Shown piece after piece: positions 19,066-29,200 of a stretch of DNA of 64,000 nucleotides. Positions within the stretch are counted from its first letter, which is position 1, and every line of letters starts with the position of its first letter. The position numbers and the translations under genes are program-made. This stretch comes from a virus, in IMG/VR virus record IMGVR_UViG_3300028883_000033, positions 1 to 64,000 of that record; one strand, 5' to 3'. The notes beneath the pieces are model-generated. The model was not told the DNA's origin. It searched no databases and was given only the letters and a program-made list of their open reading frames with translations.

Positions 19066-20732
19066 TATGAAAAGAAGGAACCGCCGAACGACTTAGCTTT
19101 GCTGAACGCATTACTGACAGTAGTTCCTAAACCTCCAATAGCCTTCTGTGCCTGATTCATTGCACCGGTTACCCCTGCCGTGAAATTACCGTTAGTAAGA
19201 GAACCTGTTGCTCCATCCACTGCACCAAATACAGCGTTTCGTGCACTACTCAGATCACCTGCTACGCCTTGCGCAAATGTTCCAATCTGTCCTGTTACAC
19301 CATCAATAATTCCATTTGCCGCATCAGTTACGCCTCCAATGACGTTACCGAACGCGTCGGTAACTGCCCCAGCCGCTGCTGAAATGCTGCCCAGGAAGCT
19401 GCTGGAAGGAGCACTGTCTTCCTGTGATTGAGCTGATGGAGTCGCACTAGACTTCTCTGAAGAGTCTTCTGCGTATACTGGGTCGATCGGACGCATGCCA
19501 TGTTTCCACGTCAGTTCTAGTAGACGACCATTATCCAATTCCAGATCATAATCATGCTCAACATACAAGCCATCATATACAAACTCAAATTCAAAATCAG
19601 TTCCTTCACCGGTTTCCATTTGTGATAGATCGCTTGGCGTAAAGGTAGTAATACGTGGATTGTAAAAATGATATGTATTCATTTTATTTCCATAATCGAA
19701 CACATGATGTAACCGCAGCGTTTGGATGATACTGGTAGTTTTACCAACAAGTGGTCCCAACGACGCACTATGACCAGCTGTATCAGGAGAGAAGCTACTA
19801 AACGTCGCTGCCGATGCTGGACGGCCGAAATCCATACCTGCTTGCTCGTACGAACCAGATTGTGGATCATTAGTACGAATGTTGGCAATCGGACTCATAG
19901 CACGCATATATGCAGTATAAAAACCATGAGCCATGTTTTTATTATCATCGTAGAACGACATTGTTATTGGTGGATACTCCACCCGCTTTGGAACACGTGT
20001 CCTGAAGTTGTACATATTGACTTCTTCATATTCGACTTCGAATCGAGGACGGGTACTCGTTTTAACCACGAAAGCCATTTGACTTGCCATATCAGACCAA
20101 TCCTGGTATTCAGGAGCCAATATGACTTCAACGATGAACATGAACTTAAATTTGGGAGCATATGCAATCAAGTCACGTGCGTATGGTGTTGCACCACATA
20201 ATTCCCTACTCGGCTTCGTTGGGGAACTACCACCAAAGATATTACGGCCTAATGTTTCTAGGTTTTGCAGATCCTGAAACACGCCAGGAATGTCCGATAG
20301 CTCAAAGTTTCCCTGCTTAACTCTCTCGAAGATACTCTTTGCTTGGCCGTACGCTCTGTTAGCCACTTCTGGATTTAGATCGCCGACGGCACTCATCGCA
20401 TCACCAAGACCGACAGCATCTATAACAGCATTTGCGCCTTCATTAACAGCACCGACAGCTGTTCCTGCAATTTTGCCTAGCGCAGAATTATATGTGTCAT
20501 TTCCTTCACGACCAGGAACTGCACTTTCGCCTACTCGAATGGAATCGGATACGCTCGAGAGCACACGAAGGCCCTCACCAACTTTACCAAATCCAATATC
20601 ATTAAGAATTTCCAAATCCCCAACCTTGAGGATACTATCCAGAAAATTCTTCTGATGCGCTGATTGGTTAGCTGCTGCTTGTCCTTGTATAGGGCAGGAC
20701 TTTACCGTAAATTGTCTAGGATCGTTAGCCAT
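19065..20732 (-). CDS. Tail-tube-related baseplate/tube junction protein with extensions
   Basis: PKFKFMF...RP.F...NMYN...Y.PITMSFYDD tube-fold motifs; directly downstream of the tube gene; start re-called to MANDPRQ. Confidence 0.65.
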   Translation of the reverse strand: MANDPRQFTVKSCPIQGQAAANQSAHQKNFLDSILKVGDLEILNDIGFGKVGEGLRVLSSVSDSIRVGESAVPGREGNDTYNSALGKIAGTAVGAVNEGANAVIDAVGLGDAMSAVGDLNPEVANRAYGQAKSIFERVKQGNFELSDIPGVFQDLQNLETLGRNIFGGSSPTKPSRELCGATPYARDLIAYAPKFKFMFIVEVILAPEYQDWSDMASQMAFVVKTSTRPRFEVEYEEVNMYNFRTRVPKRVEYPPITMSFYDDNKNMAHGFYTAYMRAMSPIANIRTNDPQSGSYEQAGMDFGRPASAATFSSFSPDTAGHSASLGPLVGKTTSIIQTLRLHHVFDYGNKMNTYHFYNPRITTFTPSDLSQMETGEGTDFEFEFVYDGLYVEHDYDLELDNGRLLELTWKHGMRPIDPVYAEDSSEKSSATPSAQSQEDSAPSSSFLGSISAAAGAVTDAFGNVIGGVTDAANGIIDGVTGQIGTFAQGVAGDLSSARNAVFGAVDGATGSLTNGNFTAGVTGAMNQAQKAIGGLGTTVSNAFSKAKSFGGSFFS

Positions 20733-20737
20733 GAGGA

Positions 20738-20745
20738 TATTTATG
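20738..20745 (-). promoter_or_regulatory. Late promoter CATAAATA, 5 nt before the ATG at 20732
   Basis: Direct motif match. Confidence 0.6.
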
Positions 20746-20762
20746 GGTGGGTAACCAGGCAT

Positions 20763-20789
20763 AAAAAAGGGGGTGCTAATAGCACCCCC
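20763..20789 (-). terminator. Intrinsic terminator after the tail tube gene
   Basis: GGGGGTGCT-ATT-AGCACCCCC-TTTTTT on the - strand. Confidence 0.88.
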
Positions 20790-20840
20790 AAACTGCTTCC
20801 ATGCAGATTGCCTTCCGTGGCAGCTTCCGTGCTAAACTAA

Positions 20841-21437
20841 TTAGCCAGAAATCTTACCTGCACCACCTGTTGCAACACCTTCGCCAGCGCTGTAACCGTT
20901 AGTCTGGTCTTGGCGAGCGTGGTCGTAACGGATCGTACAAGTGATTTGTACCTGATTGCTATCACTGTAGTCCAAATCGGTGTAATCCACTGCGGAGAAG
21001 AAGCAGCCTTCAACAGTCCACTTCTCGATAACCTGCTCTTTACCATCCATAAGGTCTAGGTAGGTAACGAATTTGTACAGCGAACCCTCTTCGCCTTTAC
21101 CCAACCACGGACCTTCAGCACCAATCAACCACTGTTGCTTCTGCATCTGTTCTTGAATAACACGAGTTGCAGTACCAGTAACATCATCTTCGAAAGTGAC
21201 TGTCATTGGTTCAAACAAATGCTTACCAGCAACAAAAGCGCGTGAGTTGTAACGATGTAGTTCAACTTCTTCGAATGAGATCGAAGGACGTGTGATGTTT
21301 ACTGCTTGTAGGCTTAGTGGCTGCGAATCAGCACCGCCGCCGAGGTTAGCGAATGTGACACGCCACAGGTTTTTCAGCTTAGGCTGAAGGATACCCGTGC
21401 CGATTCCTGGAATGCCAATGTCGTTAATTGTAGCCAT
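20841..21437 (-). CDS. Tail tube protein (gp19-like)
   Basis: QPKLKNLWRVTF, RP...F.EV, AGK..FEPMTVTFEDD, LDY, IRYD; follows the sheath gene. Confidence 0.9.
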   Translation of the reverse strand: MATINDIGIPGIGTGILQPKLKNLWRVTFANLGGGADSQPLSLQAVNITRPSISFEEVELHRYNSRAFVAGKHLFEPMTVTFEDDVTGTATRVIQEQMQKQQWLIGAEGPWLGKGEEGSLYKFVTYLDLMDGKEQVIEKWTVEGCFFSAVDYTDLDYSDSNQVQITCTIRYDHARQDQTNGYSAGEGVATGGAGKISG

Positions 21438-21464
21438 GTTCTAATTTCCTTTAGTTGTTTCCGC

Positions 21465-21472
21465 TATTTATT
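21465..21472 (-). promoter_or_regulatory. Late promoter AATAAATA (tube)
   Basis: Intergenic motif. Confidence 0.6.
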
Positions 21473-21493
21473 CCGTTTCTCTACATTACCCTG

Positions 21494-23293
21494 TTAGAAC
21501 GTGAAATCCGCTCCAGTGGAGAGAATTCGGATTGGAATGTAGATGAATTCAGCAGCTTTGACAGGCTTTAATGCCACATCAATGTACATCTCATTACGGT
21601 CAATTCGATCAGGTGTGTTATTGGATTCATCACAAACTGTGGCGAAGTCATATAGACCACGCTTAACAACCAGATCACCCAAGAAGTTATCTACAACTGC
21701 TTTCAAGTTATCACGAGTTAACTGGTCGTTTGGCTCGAAGACGAAGCTCAGAGTATTACGACGAAGCTGACGCTTGATGTACTTGATCAGTCGAGACACG
21801 TTTACACGGTCCATCGCGCTTGCAGCAGATGCAGAGGTCTTCTGGCCCCAAACAACAAAACCGTTACCTGGGAAGAATACCAGTGGGTTAATGTTACCAG
21901 CAGCGTTGTTGGTATCATATAGAGCATCACGCTGTCCTGCGTTTAGGGCAGTAGCGACGAAGTCTGTTGGTCCACCCAACTGGCCTGAAACATAACCGAG
22001 GTTAGAAACACCAGTAATAAGACCACGACGTAGACCTGCTGGCGCGAACCAGAGATACGATGCATTATCACTAAATGCGTACGTACGCAGAGCAATACCA
22101 GATGGAGAAACTACAACATTCTTACCATCAAGGTTAGATGCTAGACCCCATGGGTAGTAGTATGCAACGTGAACCGAACGCTGACGAGCAGTTGTTGCAG
22201 CCCAACCAGTTGCTGGGTTTGAAATCTCATCAGGAGTTTTATCGGCTGGAGTATCAGCGATAACCAGAGCTTCTTCCTGAATATCAACAGACAGCGCCAA
22301 CATTTCATCCGCAACTTCATGGTATCCTGGGCAGAGGATCAAATTGTAGTCGAATGTTTCAGAACGCAGCTGACGACCTGCCTCGGAACCAGCATTGATT
22401 TGTGCCTGTAGTGCTGTAGTGATAGCAACACGGCGTGCTGCATCGTTAGCACCAAGACTTGTTAGGTTTAGGAACTCACGAGTCCATTTGAAATCATCGC
22501 CTAGAGCAACCAACAGGTCGCCACCTTCCTGTGCAGTAAACTCACCAGCAACAGTTCCACCACCTGGGTAAGATGGGTATGTGCTGATATAGCCAGCGAC
22601 ACGGGTCAGACCGACATAGTAGCCAGTTGGTACTTGGCTGAAGCCATTACCGAAGATTTCAAGACCTGGTAATGTTCCAGCAGCAGTCTGGTCAAGCATG
22701 AACTCATCGTGAACGTTTTTGAAGTTGAACTGACCGGTGATAGGATCCATCCATGGGCATGCTTCTTCTGCAAGAGCTGCGAACTCAGAACCAGTGACGG
22801 TGATCTTGTAACCTGGGCTTGATGGAATCAAACCATTCGCGTCATTGTATTCGTTGATGAATTGGTTGATTAGGTTTTCCAGAACAACTTTCGATTCTAG
22901 GATCTTGGTATCCCAGTAGTCCTGCAAGTCATCAAAATCATCGTTCAAGTTAACGTTTGCTCGAACAACATAAGCACGTGCCCCAACACCCAAGAACTGG
23001 TTCAGTGCGAACAATCCATATTCGTTTCGTGCATCACCATGAAACTGAGCGCCGGTGCCTTCATCCTCTAAAAAGCGAGGACTACCATACAGCTGAACAC
23101 TCTGTGCGATAGATGTTACGGTGCGAACCACATCGTACTCATAAGTGCCTTCTGCTTCAGACACATTATCTGGCTGGAGCTTTTCATCAGCTGTAGCAAT
23201 GAAAATTAGAGGTACAGTCGGGGCAGCAGCCGGGATGTAAAAACTTTCATCCGTTACTGTTACGCTGACTCCTGGGCTTACCAAAGTTGCCAT
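21494..23293 (-). CDS. Contractile tail sheath protein (gp18-like)
   Basis: LVSPGVSV N-terminus; WFAPAG..RG; INP; WGQKT; DRVNVSRL; FEPND; CDESNNTP.RIDRN; KPVKAAEFI. Confidence 0.97.
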   Translation of the reverse strand: MATLVSPGVSVTVTDESFYIPAAAPTVPLIFIATADEKLQPDNVSEAEGTYEYDVVRTVTSIAQSVQLYGSPRFLEDEGTGAQFHGDARNEYGLFALNQFLGVGARAYVVRANVNLNDDFDDLQDYWDTKILESKVVLENLINQFINEYNDANGLIPSSPGYKITVTGSEFAALAEEACPWMDPITGQFNFKNVHDEFMLDQTAAGTLPGLEIFGNGFSQVPTGYYVGLTRVAGYISTYPSYPGGGTVAGEFTAQEGGDLLVALGDDFKWTREFLNLTSLGANDAARRVAITTALQAQINAGSEAGRQLRSETFDYNLILCPGYHEVADEMLALSVDIQEEALVIADTPADKTPDEISNPATGWAATTARQRSVHVAYYYPWGLASNLDGKNVVVSPSGIALRTYAFSDNASYLWFAPAGLRRGLITGVSNLGYVSGQLGGPTDFVATALNAGQRDALYDTNNAAGNINPLVFFPGNGFVVWGQKTSASAASAMDRVNVSRLIKYIKRQLRRNTLSFVFEPNDQLTRDNLKAVVDNFLGDLVVKRGLYDFATVCDESNNTPDRIDRNEMYIDVALKPVKAAEFIYIPIRILSTGADFTF

Positions 23294-23345
23294 ATTCGGG
23301 CTCTCCTTGTTATTTTAACTTTTTTACCACATTGTAGTATGTTAG

Positions 23346-23353
23346 TATTTATA
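23346..23353 (-). promoter_or_regulatory. Late promoter TATAAATA (sheath)
   Basis: Exact T4 late consensus, intergenic. Confidence 0.8.
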
Positions 23354-23377
23354 CGCCGTTGCGTAAATTTCCCTAAA

Positions 23378-24142
23378 TTATTCAATGTCTATGTCGTCAA
23401 GAGAGAAATTTAATTCGTACGGTATTCCTTGTGCATCCAGCTCTGCTACCATGTCATACGACGTTTTTGCTGACTGTGAAACTGCTCCCACACGAATCAA
23501 TATATCTTTCACGTATTTGTCATGAACATTCGCAGGTACGGTGATATGCACTGGAACCTGGAATTCTAATGACGTCTGAATAATTCTACGATCTGTACCG
23601 GCCGGATAATTTTCTTCCGGACGAATTCCCGTCAATTCCACCGTTGTAATTTGGGTCCAATCTAGTGCATCATCACTAGTCTGGATTTGCAGTAGCGGAT
23701 TGAAAATCATCAATATTTGTTCGAGGATTTGATAATGTTGATCTTGGTTGCTAGCCCATATCGACAATTCCATGTTCAGCAGATATGGAACAGGCATTCG
23801 CTGCTCGACAACTTTAATATCATCCGGAAACAATCCACCCGTAGGCATCATGGTATGACGTCTATGATTTGGAACACCTTTTCTGCGATCGGGTGCTAAA
23901 TCAAAGTTCGTGATTACAGCACTCATTGCAGGAAGACGAATCGGTTTGTTTTGTGTGTTTTCGGATTTAATTGCGGCAACGACACGATCTTTGCTTCCAG
24001 CAAATACAGGAACTTTGACTAAACGAGGTTCTTTATCATCAGTCCAACCCACCTGCACATTCATATCAGCAAAGATAGCCATGAACTGTATCAGGTATCG
24101 TTTAAACTGTTTGTCGTACCAATATTCTCTAAGAGCTGACAT
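23378..24142 (-). CDS. Tail terminator / sheath stabiliser (gp15-like)
   Basis: Y.YD.Q..RY..QF...F, VPV, LPAMS, MPVPY.L, QILEQIL..FNP; synteny. Confidence 0.88.
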   Translation of the reverse strand: MSALREYWYDKQFKRYLIQFMAIFADMNVQVGWTDDKEPRLVKVPVFAGSKDRVVAAIKSENTQNKPIRLPAMSAVITNFDLAPDRRKGVPNHRRHTMMPTGGLFPDDIKVVEQRMPVPYLLNMELSIWASNQDQHYQILEQILMIFNPLLQIQTSDDALDWTQITTVELTGIRPEENYPAGTDRRIIQTSLEFQVPVHITVPANVHDKYVKDILIRVGAVSQSAKTSYDMVAELDAQGIPYELNFSLDDIDIE

Positions 24143-25821
24143 TATTCATCCTCACACACGGGTGGTGTTGGTTTTGTAATTTTAGTGTTTGATATACGGC
24201 CGGGTGCTGTCAGGAATTCCTGCAAGCGAGGCTTGTTAGGATCGAACTCTGCTCGGCGATCTTTTTCTAGGAAGATCCAACGACCTTTTGCAGTTGAGTA
24301 ACGATACAGTCGGGCAGGAACATCTTTCGACAGTCCTTCGTACGTCATACGGTGATAATCACCATGCTGCGGATCGTCAGGATATTCAGGTCCTTCCGTG
24401 AACGGAGCATTGTTAGGTGGCATAGCGTCTTCCGTATAGATTGCTTCATTGTTTTGGCCAATGCGTTGCAGATGTGGTAATCCTTGAGCTGCGGCACTCT
24501 CCAATTCTTCTTGTTCCCAAGCTCGAATTGTTCCTGAAGTTTCTCTTCCAGACTCTGGAACCATGTCCTTGGCTTCCGCCTGTATAGTCTGACTGACATC
24601 AGAGTAGTCTTGATAGAGTGGATGTCTTCCATCGCCCTTATCAACCAAACCTAGTTCATCTGGTATATCCTGTTCTGCAAGATCGCCAAATATGTCTTGC
24701 GTTTCTTGTGAAGCAAAGGCTGGTTGTAGTATCACACGCAACATCGTTGGTTGCCATCCAGGCGTATATCCTTCAGTGCTCCATGCAACGTCGGTTACTT
24801 CCATCCACTTTAATATCTTGCGCATTTCTGCGGACCATTGAGCTTCGCTAGGAATCTCAATGATATCCCCTATAATCAGAGGACGACCGAGTATAGCTAC
24901 GCATGCAGAGAAGTTAACTGTCATGTATATTTGCTGTGATGGTAGTTCAATACCAAACTTAGAAAGTTCCGTCTGTATATCAATCAGATCATAATAGCCT
25001 TTCATTGTTAAAGGCTCATCAGCATAATCACGATCTCTGTTCTCTAAGAAGATTTTATCCTGAATATTCTCTTCATCAGTTGCAATGTAGTTGTGGAACA
25101 TCTGTATCGCCTGAACGCCCCACGAGTCGCTGGCGCCTCCATTGAACACCACTGGACGAATTCTCCAGTATCGGCTAGGAACGCTATCGCGGAACAAAAT
25201 CGTATTCAGACAATCATCATCAGGGAGGTTAACTAAAGCTACACCATACCACTTGACGCCATCTTCAGATCTCTCTATACGGGCGCGCGTTACACGATTG
25301 TTTTCAAGGGATGATTGTTTAATAGCTATGGCAGTGATGTGTTTACGAACGCTCGTCTCAATACCGTACATGCGTCGAGAGTTGTCGTTGGTTTTTATTT
25401 CACCAAAGTCGTATCCAATATATGCCGAAGCAGTAACGCCGTTACCTTTCTGCACCGATCTCCATTCAGTTACGAATGCATCAAATGCTTGTGACGCTGG
25501 GAACCCTGGAGCACTTCCATTGGAAATCGATTGACCTTTGCCGGTAGCGTCAACAGTTTTGCATTGTTCATGAACGCCCAGCAGCTTGTAAACATGAAGC
25601 TCGGCGCCACCAACATTCAACGCTTCATTGACTACACTATCAACGAAGCACGAGTCCCGATTCTCCGATAACTGGAAAGGAGAACACGTTTTATCAGCAT
25701 TAGTAGGTGGGCAATATCCATCACCTTTTGCGTTTGGAGTGCAACCTGGCTTTCCATTCTGATCGGCTGGATCTGGATGGTCAGGACCTGTTGTTCCTTT
25801 GCATGCGTCTTCAAAAGCCAT
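24142..25821 (-). CDS. Neck protein (gp14-like) with an inserted discoidin/F5-8-type-C-like domain
   Basis: IQDKIFLENRDRDY, LSKFG, GRPLIIGDIIEIP, EGYTPGW.P; insert AFD..W..YIGYDFG..ERSEDGVKW..RYWRI. Confidence 0.8.
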   Translation of the reverse strand: MAFEDACKGTTGPDHPDPADQNGKPGCTPNAKGDGYCPPTNADKTCSPFQLSENRDSCFVDSVVNEALNVGGAELHVYKLLGVHEQCKTVDATGKGQSISNGSAPGFPASQAFDAFVTEWRSVQKGNGVTASAYIGYDFGEIKTNDNSRRMYGIETSVRKHITAIAIKQSSLENNRVTRARIERSEDGVKWYGVALVNLPDDDCLNTILFRDSVPSRYWRIRPVVFNGGASDSWGVQAIQMFHNYIATDEENIQDKIFLENRDRDYADEPLTMKGYYDLIDIQTELSKFGIELPSQQIYMTVNFSACVAILGRPLIIGDIIEIPSEAQWSAEMRKILKWMEVTDVAWSTEGYTPGWQPTMLRVILQPAFASQETQDIFGDLAEQDIPDELGLVDKGDGRHPLYQDYSDVSQTIQAEAKDMVPESGRETSGTIRAWEQEELESAAAQGLPHLQRIGQNNEAIYTEDAMPPNNAPFTEGPEYPDDPQHGDYHRMTYEGLSKDVPARLYRYSTAKGRWIFLEKDRRAEFDPNKPRLQEFLTAPGRISNTKITKPTPPVCEDE

Positions 25822-26213
25822 TATTCATCTTCTTTTGTTTTGTGAACAGTTCCATCTTTATGTTCAGGTGGAGTGTATAGTGCATATAGTTTTAATAGTT
25901 CGTTTCCGATATTGGTCACATTATGTTCGACCCCGGCTGGAATAACAACTGCATCCCCATCATTAAAACTGGTAACAACTTTACCAATCTTAACTTCACC
26001 TTTACCAGAATCTACACGAATAAACTGATCACCATCATGCACTTCTTCACCAATCTCTTCCCCAGGTTTCAAGCTCATTACAACAAGTTGGCTTTTACCT
26101 GAGGTGAACAACACTCGACGGTAATCCGTATTCTCAATGGTTTCCTTTTCAATGTTCGTATGGAATCCTTTGTTCTGGTTAATTACAGTTTCGTTAATCT
26201 TATGAAGTCTCAT
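25821..26213 (-). CDS. Cupin-domain protein
   Basis: QLVVMSLKPGEEIGEEVH.GDQF; IPAGVEHNV.N; LYALYTPPEH. Confidence 0.92.
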   Translation of the reverse strand: MRLHKINETVINQNKGFHTNIEKETIENTDYRRVLFTSGKSQLVVMSLKPGEEIGEEVHDGDQFIRVDSGKGEVKIGKVVTSFNDGDAVVIPAGVEHNVTNIGNELLKLYALYTPPEHKDGTVHKTKEDE

Positions 26214-26215
26214 GA

Positions 26216-29200
26216 TTACCCCATTATGAACGAAGAATGCATACCAATATCTTCTGGATCGTTTGCTACGTAATCTTCGATTTCCATGTCCAGTTCTTCC
26301 TTCAACTCAGTCGCTTTAGTCATTAGGTCTGCAGCATTCAGAGAAACACCACCACCCGCTCCAGGCAACGAGGCGTACTTACCACGAATCTGTGCTAGAG
26401 TTTCCATCGCCTTCATCAATGAGTACCGTTTGATCCAGGTGCGTACCCAACGATCTTTGAGGATTGATTGTTCCGTTCGCTCGATAGTAACATCAAGAAG
26501 GATTCGTTCCGGCACGGTAAAGGATTGATAAAAACTCAACACGCGCTCACTCTCATTCCAATGATACACAAGACGAGTAGCAAACAAATGTTCTAACTGT
26601 TCAACATACTCACTAACCAAATGGTAACTGAGTAGGTCAAACGTTCCCATGTTATACAAGTGCTGAAGAACAATCTGGCCGTACACCCCCGCACCATGAG
26701 CCGAACTCAGGAAGGCGGATGTAAAACGATACGCAGACATAACAGTTACTATTTTATGGAACCCGCATGTTCTATCTGTTAGTTTGTAGTGTTGGTATCC
26801 TGGCTGGATATCCAGGAAGAAAGCACTACGTTGATATGCAATGGATGTTCTCTGTCGAATCGTCTCCAATGCAAAATCAATGGCTTCGTTAATTTGTTTT
26901 GGTGTCAGTTCAACTTCAACGACTGGATATCCAAGCTGCGAGCGGACCCAATCAGCAATCTGACGACGCTCGTCCGGAGATCCATCATCACCAACACCCA
27001 ACTGCTCGTATGTTGGTAGTTCATGAACACCATCATCACCATACGAGTGTCGAAGGAGCCCACCAGGTGGAACTAGGTAACTGAACAGGAACGTATCAGG
27101 CCCGACCGTCGTTGGCGGAACATTGACGTTCTCATAATCTTTGTAGTGACAGCATACGGTGTCAAGACCGGCATCACCTGTCGCTATACCTTCATACACT
27201 GCATAATTGGTTCCTTCCGGAATCAAGATCATGATCATCTTGTTGCTACCGGTTCCCGTTGTGTGCAGCGTCAAGTTACCGTTACTATCAATAATAGCTT
27301 CTGCTATAGGAGTAGCTGGAACCCACTCGCCCTGATTAGACAGAGGATCATCAACACGGTCTGGATTACGAACCCACTCCATCAACACATCGTTGGTTGA
27401 ATCGTACCAAACATCTCCATGTTTTGGGTAGTATGGAGATGTTGAAAATGGTACCGCAACCCATGAGGCACCGATGCGTTGGTAAAGAGCATCGTTCGTT
27501 GAGTCGTACCAGAACGTGCCTGCAGGAATAATTGTAGGATCAACCTCACTGTCGACAGGGTCAATAGCAACCCACGCAGCTGGACTTCCACTCCATACGA
27601 ACCACGTATTAGTAGCAGTATTGTGCCATGCGGTTCCTAAAATCGGTTGAGTCGGATCAGTTGGGTATTCGATATGTGTCACATCTAACCAACGAACACC
27701 ATCCCAACGTTTCATCTCTTTAGTGTCAGGGTTGTACCACAACTCACCATAATCAAGAACTGGTTGTGAATAAGGATCTGTAGCTGATTGCGTGAATTCG
27801 CCTACTTCATCCCACTCCCCATTAACGGAGTCCCACTTGTACAAACGATCAGTAGTATTATCCCACCACAGGTCGCAAGATTCGGTGTTACGAGGATCTT
27901 CTGGCCAGATAAGAACAGGAACATCGACCCACCCAATAGGAGAACCGGTGTCACTCCATTCTTTCAATTCTTCTGTGTTAGGATTGTACCACAGATCCCC
28001 ATCTACCAGCGTTGAGCCGCCAATGGATGGATCTGCAATAGAGTTGATGAACGTAACGGCGGTGAAGTCGAGAGGCGACCCTCCATACACCAGCAATTCC
28101 TCTGTACTATCATTGTACCAGTATGTTCCAACGTTTAGTGTATTCGGTGGAGTATCCCACTGAATAGCATATGTGGTTTCCCACTGTTCGAAGTCATGGT
28201 TCCAGTGATTGAGGACTACGTTAGTTTCATCGTACCAGTAAACACTACAATTAGGAACTGGTTTTGTTAACGGATCTATATTCTGAACATGAACGACTTC
28301 TTCACACCACGTTTCTGTGCAGTACCGATAAGCATTAGTTCCATCAAACCAGAAGTCATCCCCCATCGTTAGGTTAGTCGGATCCTCAACATATCCAATA
28401 ACACTAACAGGATTCCAACTTAGAGGAGATCCAGTGTATAGATTAAGAGCGCCTGTGACTGGGTTATGCCAATAGCTTCCTGACACAACAGCCGATGGGT
28501 CGGTTGGTTCGATTAGCGCATCGACAGGTTGATTGTTTGTTCCATCCCATTGATAGAGAGTTTCACCATCCCAGTAATAACGACCCTGATCGGGTGGTAC
28601 TGGAGAATGCGGAGGATTTCCTGACTGCGCAATAGCGCTGTTGATAGCATCAAGAAGATCCTGGTACGTTCCGAGGTTTGTACCATCTTCTGAAACTTTT
28701 ACAATACGGCTTGTGCTTTGGTTAGGGAAATTCGTATTAACTTCGAATTCAAATTCGTAAGTCATTCCCGGAACAAGACCGGTGCCGTCGGTTGGCAGAG
28801 CTCCGTTTCCGTTATTGAGCACAACGGTTTGAGATGCTGGTGTTCCTGGATCAGTTACATTGCCAAAATCAGCTGAGTATGCACGTTGACCGTCCCGATG
28901 GTAACGCCCCTGACAATCAACAGCGTATCCAACCACGAAGTAGCTTGTTCGTGGTTTAAGTCCATGAATAACAAAGCTCGTTGTTAGTTGCTCGCCTCGA
29001 GATTTCTGTTCGCCTTCATAGAAAGCACCAACAACAAGAGCGCCGTTGATTCTATCGCCAACGTGAACATCAGAATCTGCTTGAGCGTCAGCTTCATATA
29101 TTGTTCCGTCTTGAGGAGCATGATTTATAGTTAGTGGAGCTTCACTTAAAAGAACAACCATGCCACAGTATGCACCCGGGCTATCAGAAGCACAGCCAAG

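Noticed and set aside
23065-23095. GSP in the sheath (LYGSPRF) and the last GSP in gp13 (DDGSPDER) as strong tag sites
   Set aside because: They fall in ordinary-looking contexts rather than clear insertions; counted in the total but given little weight.
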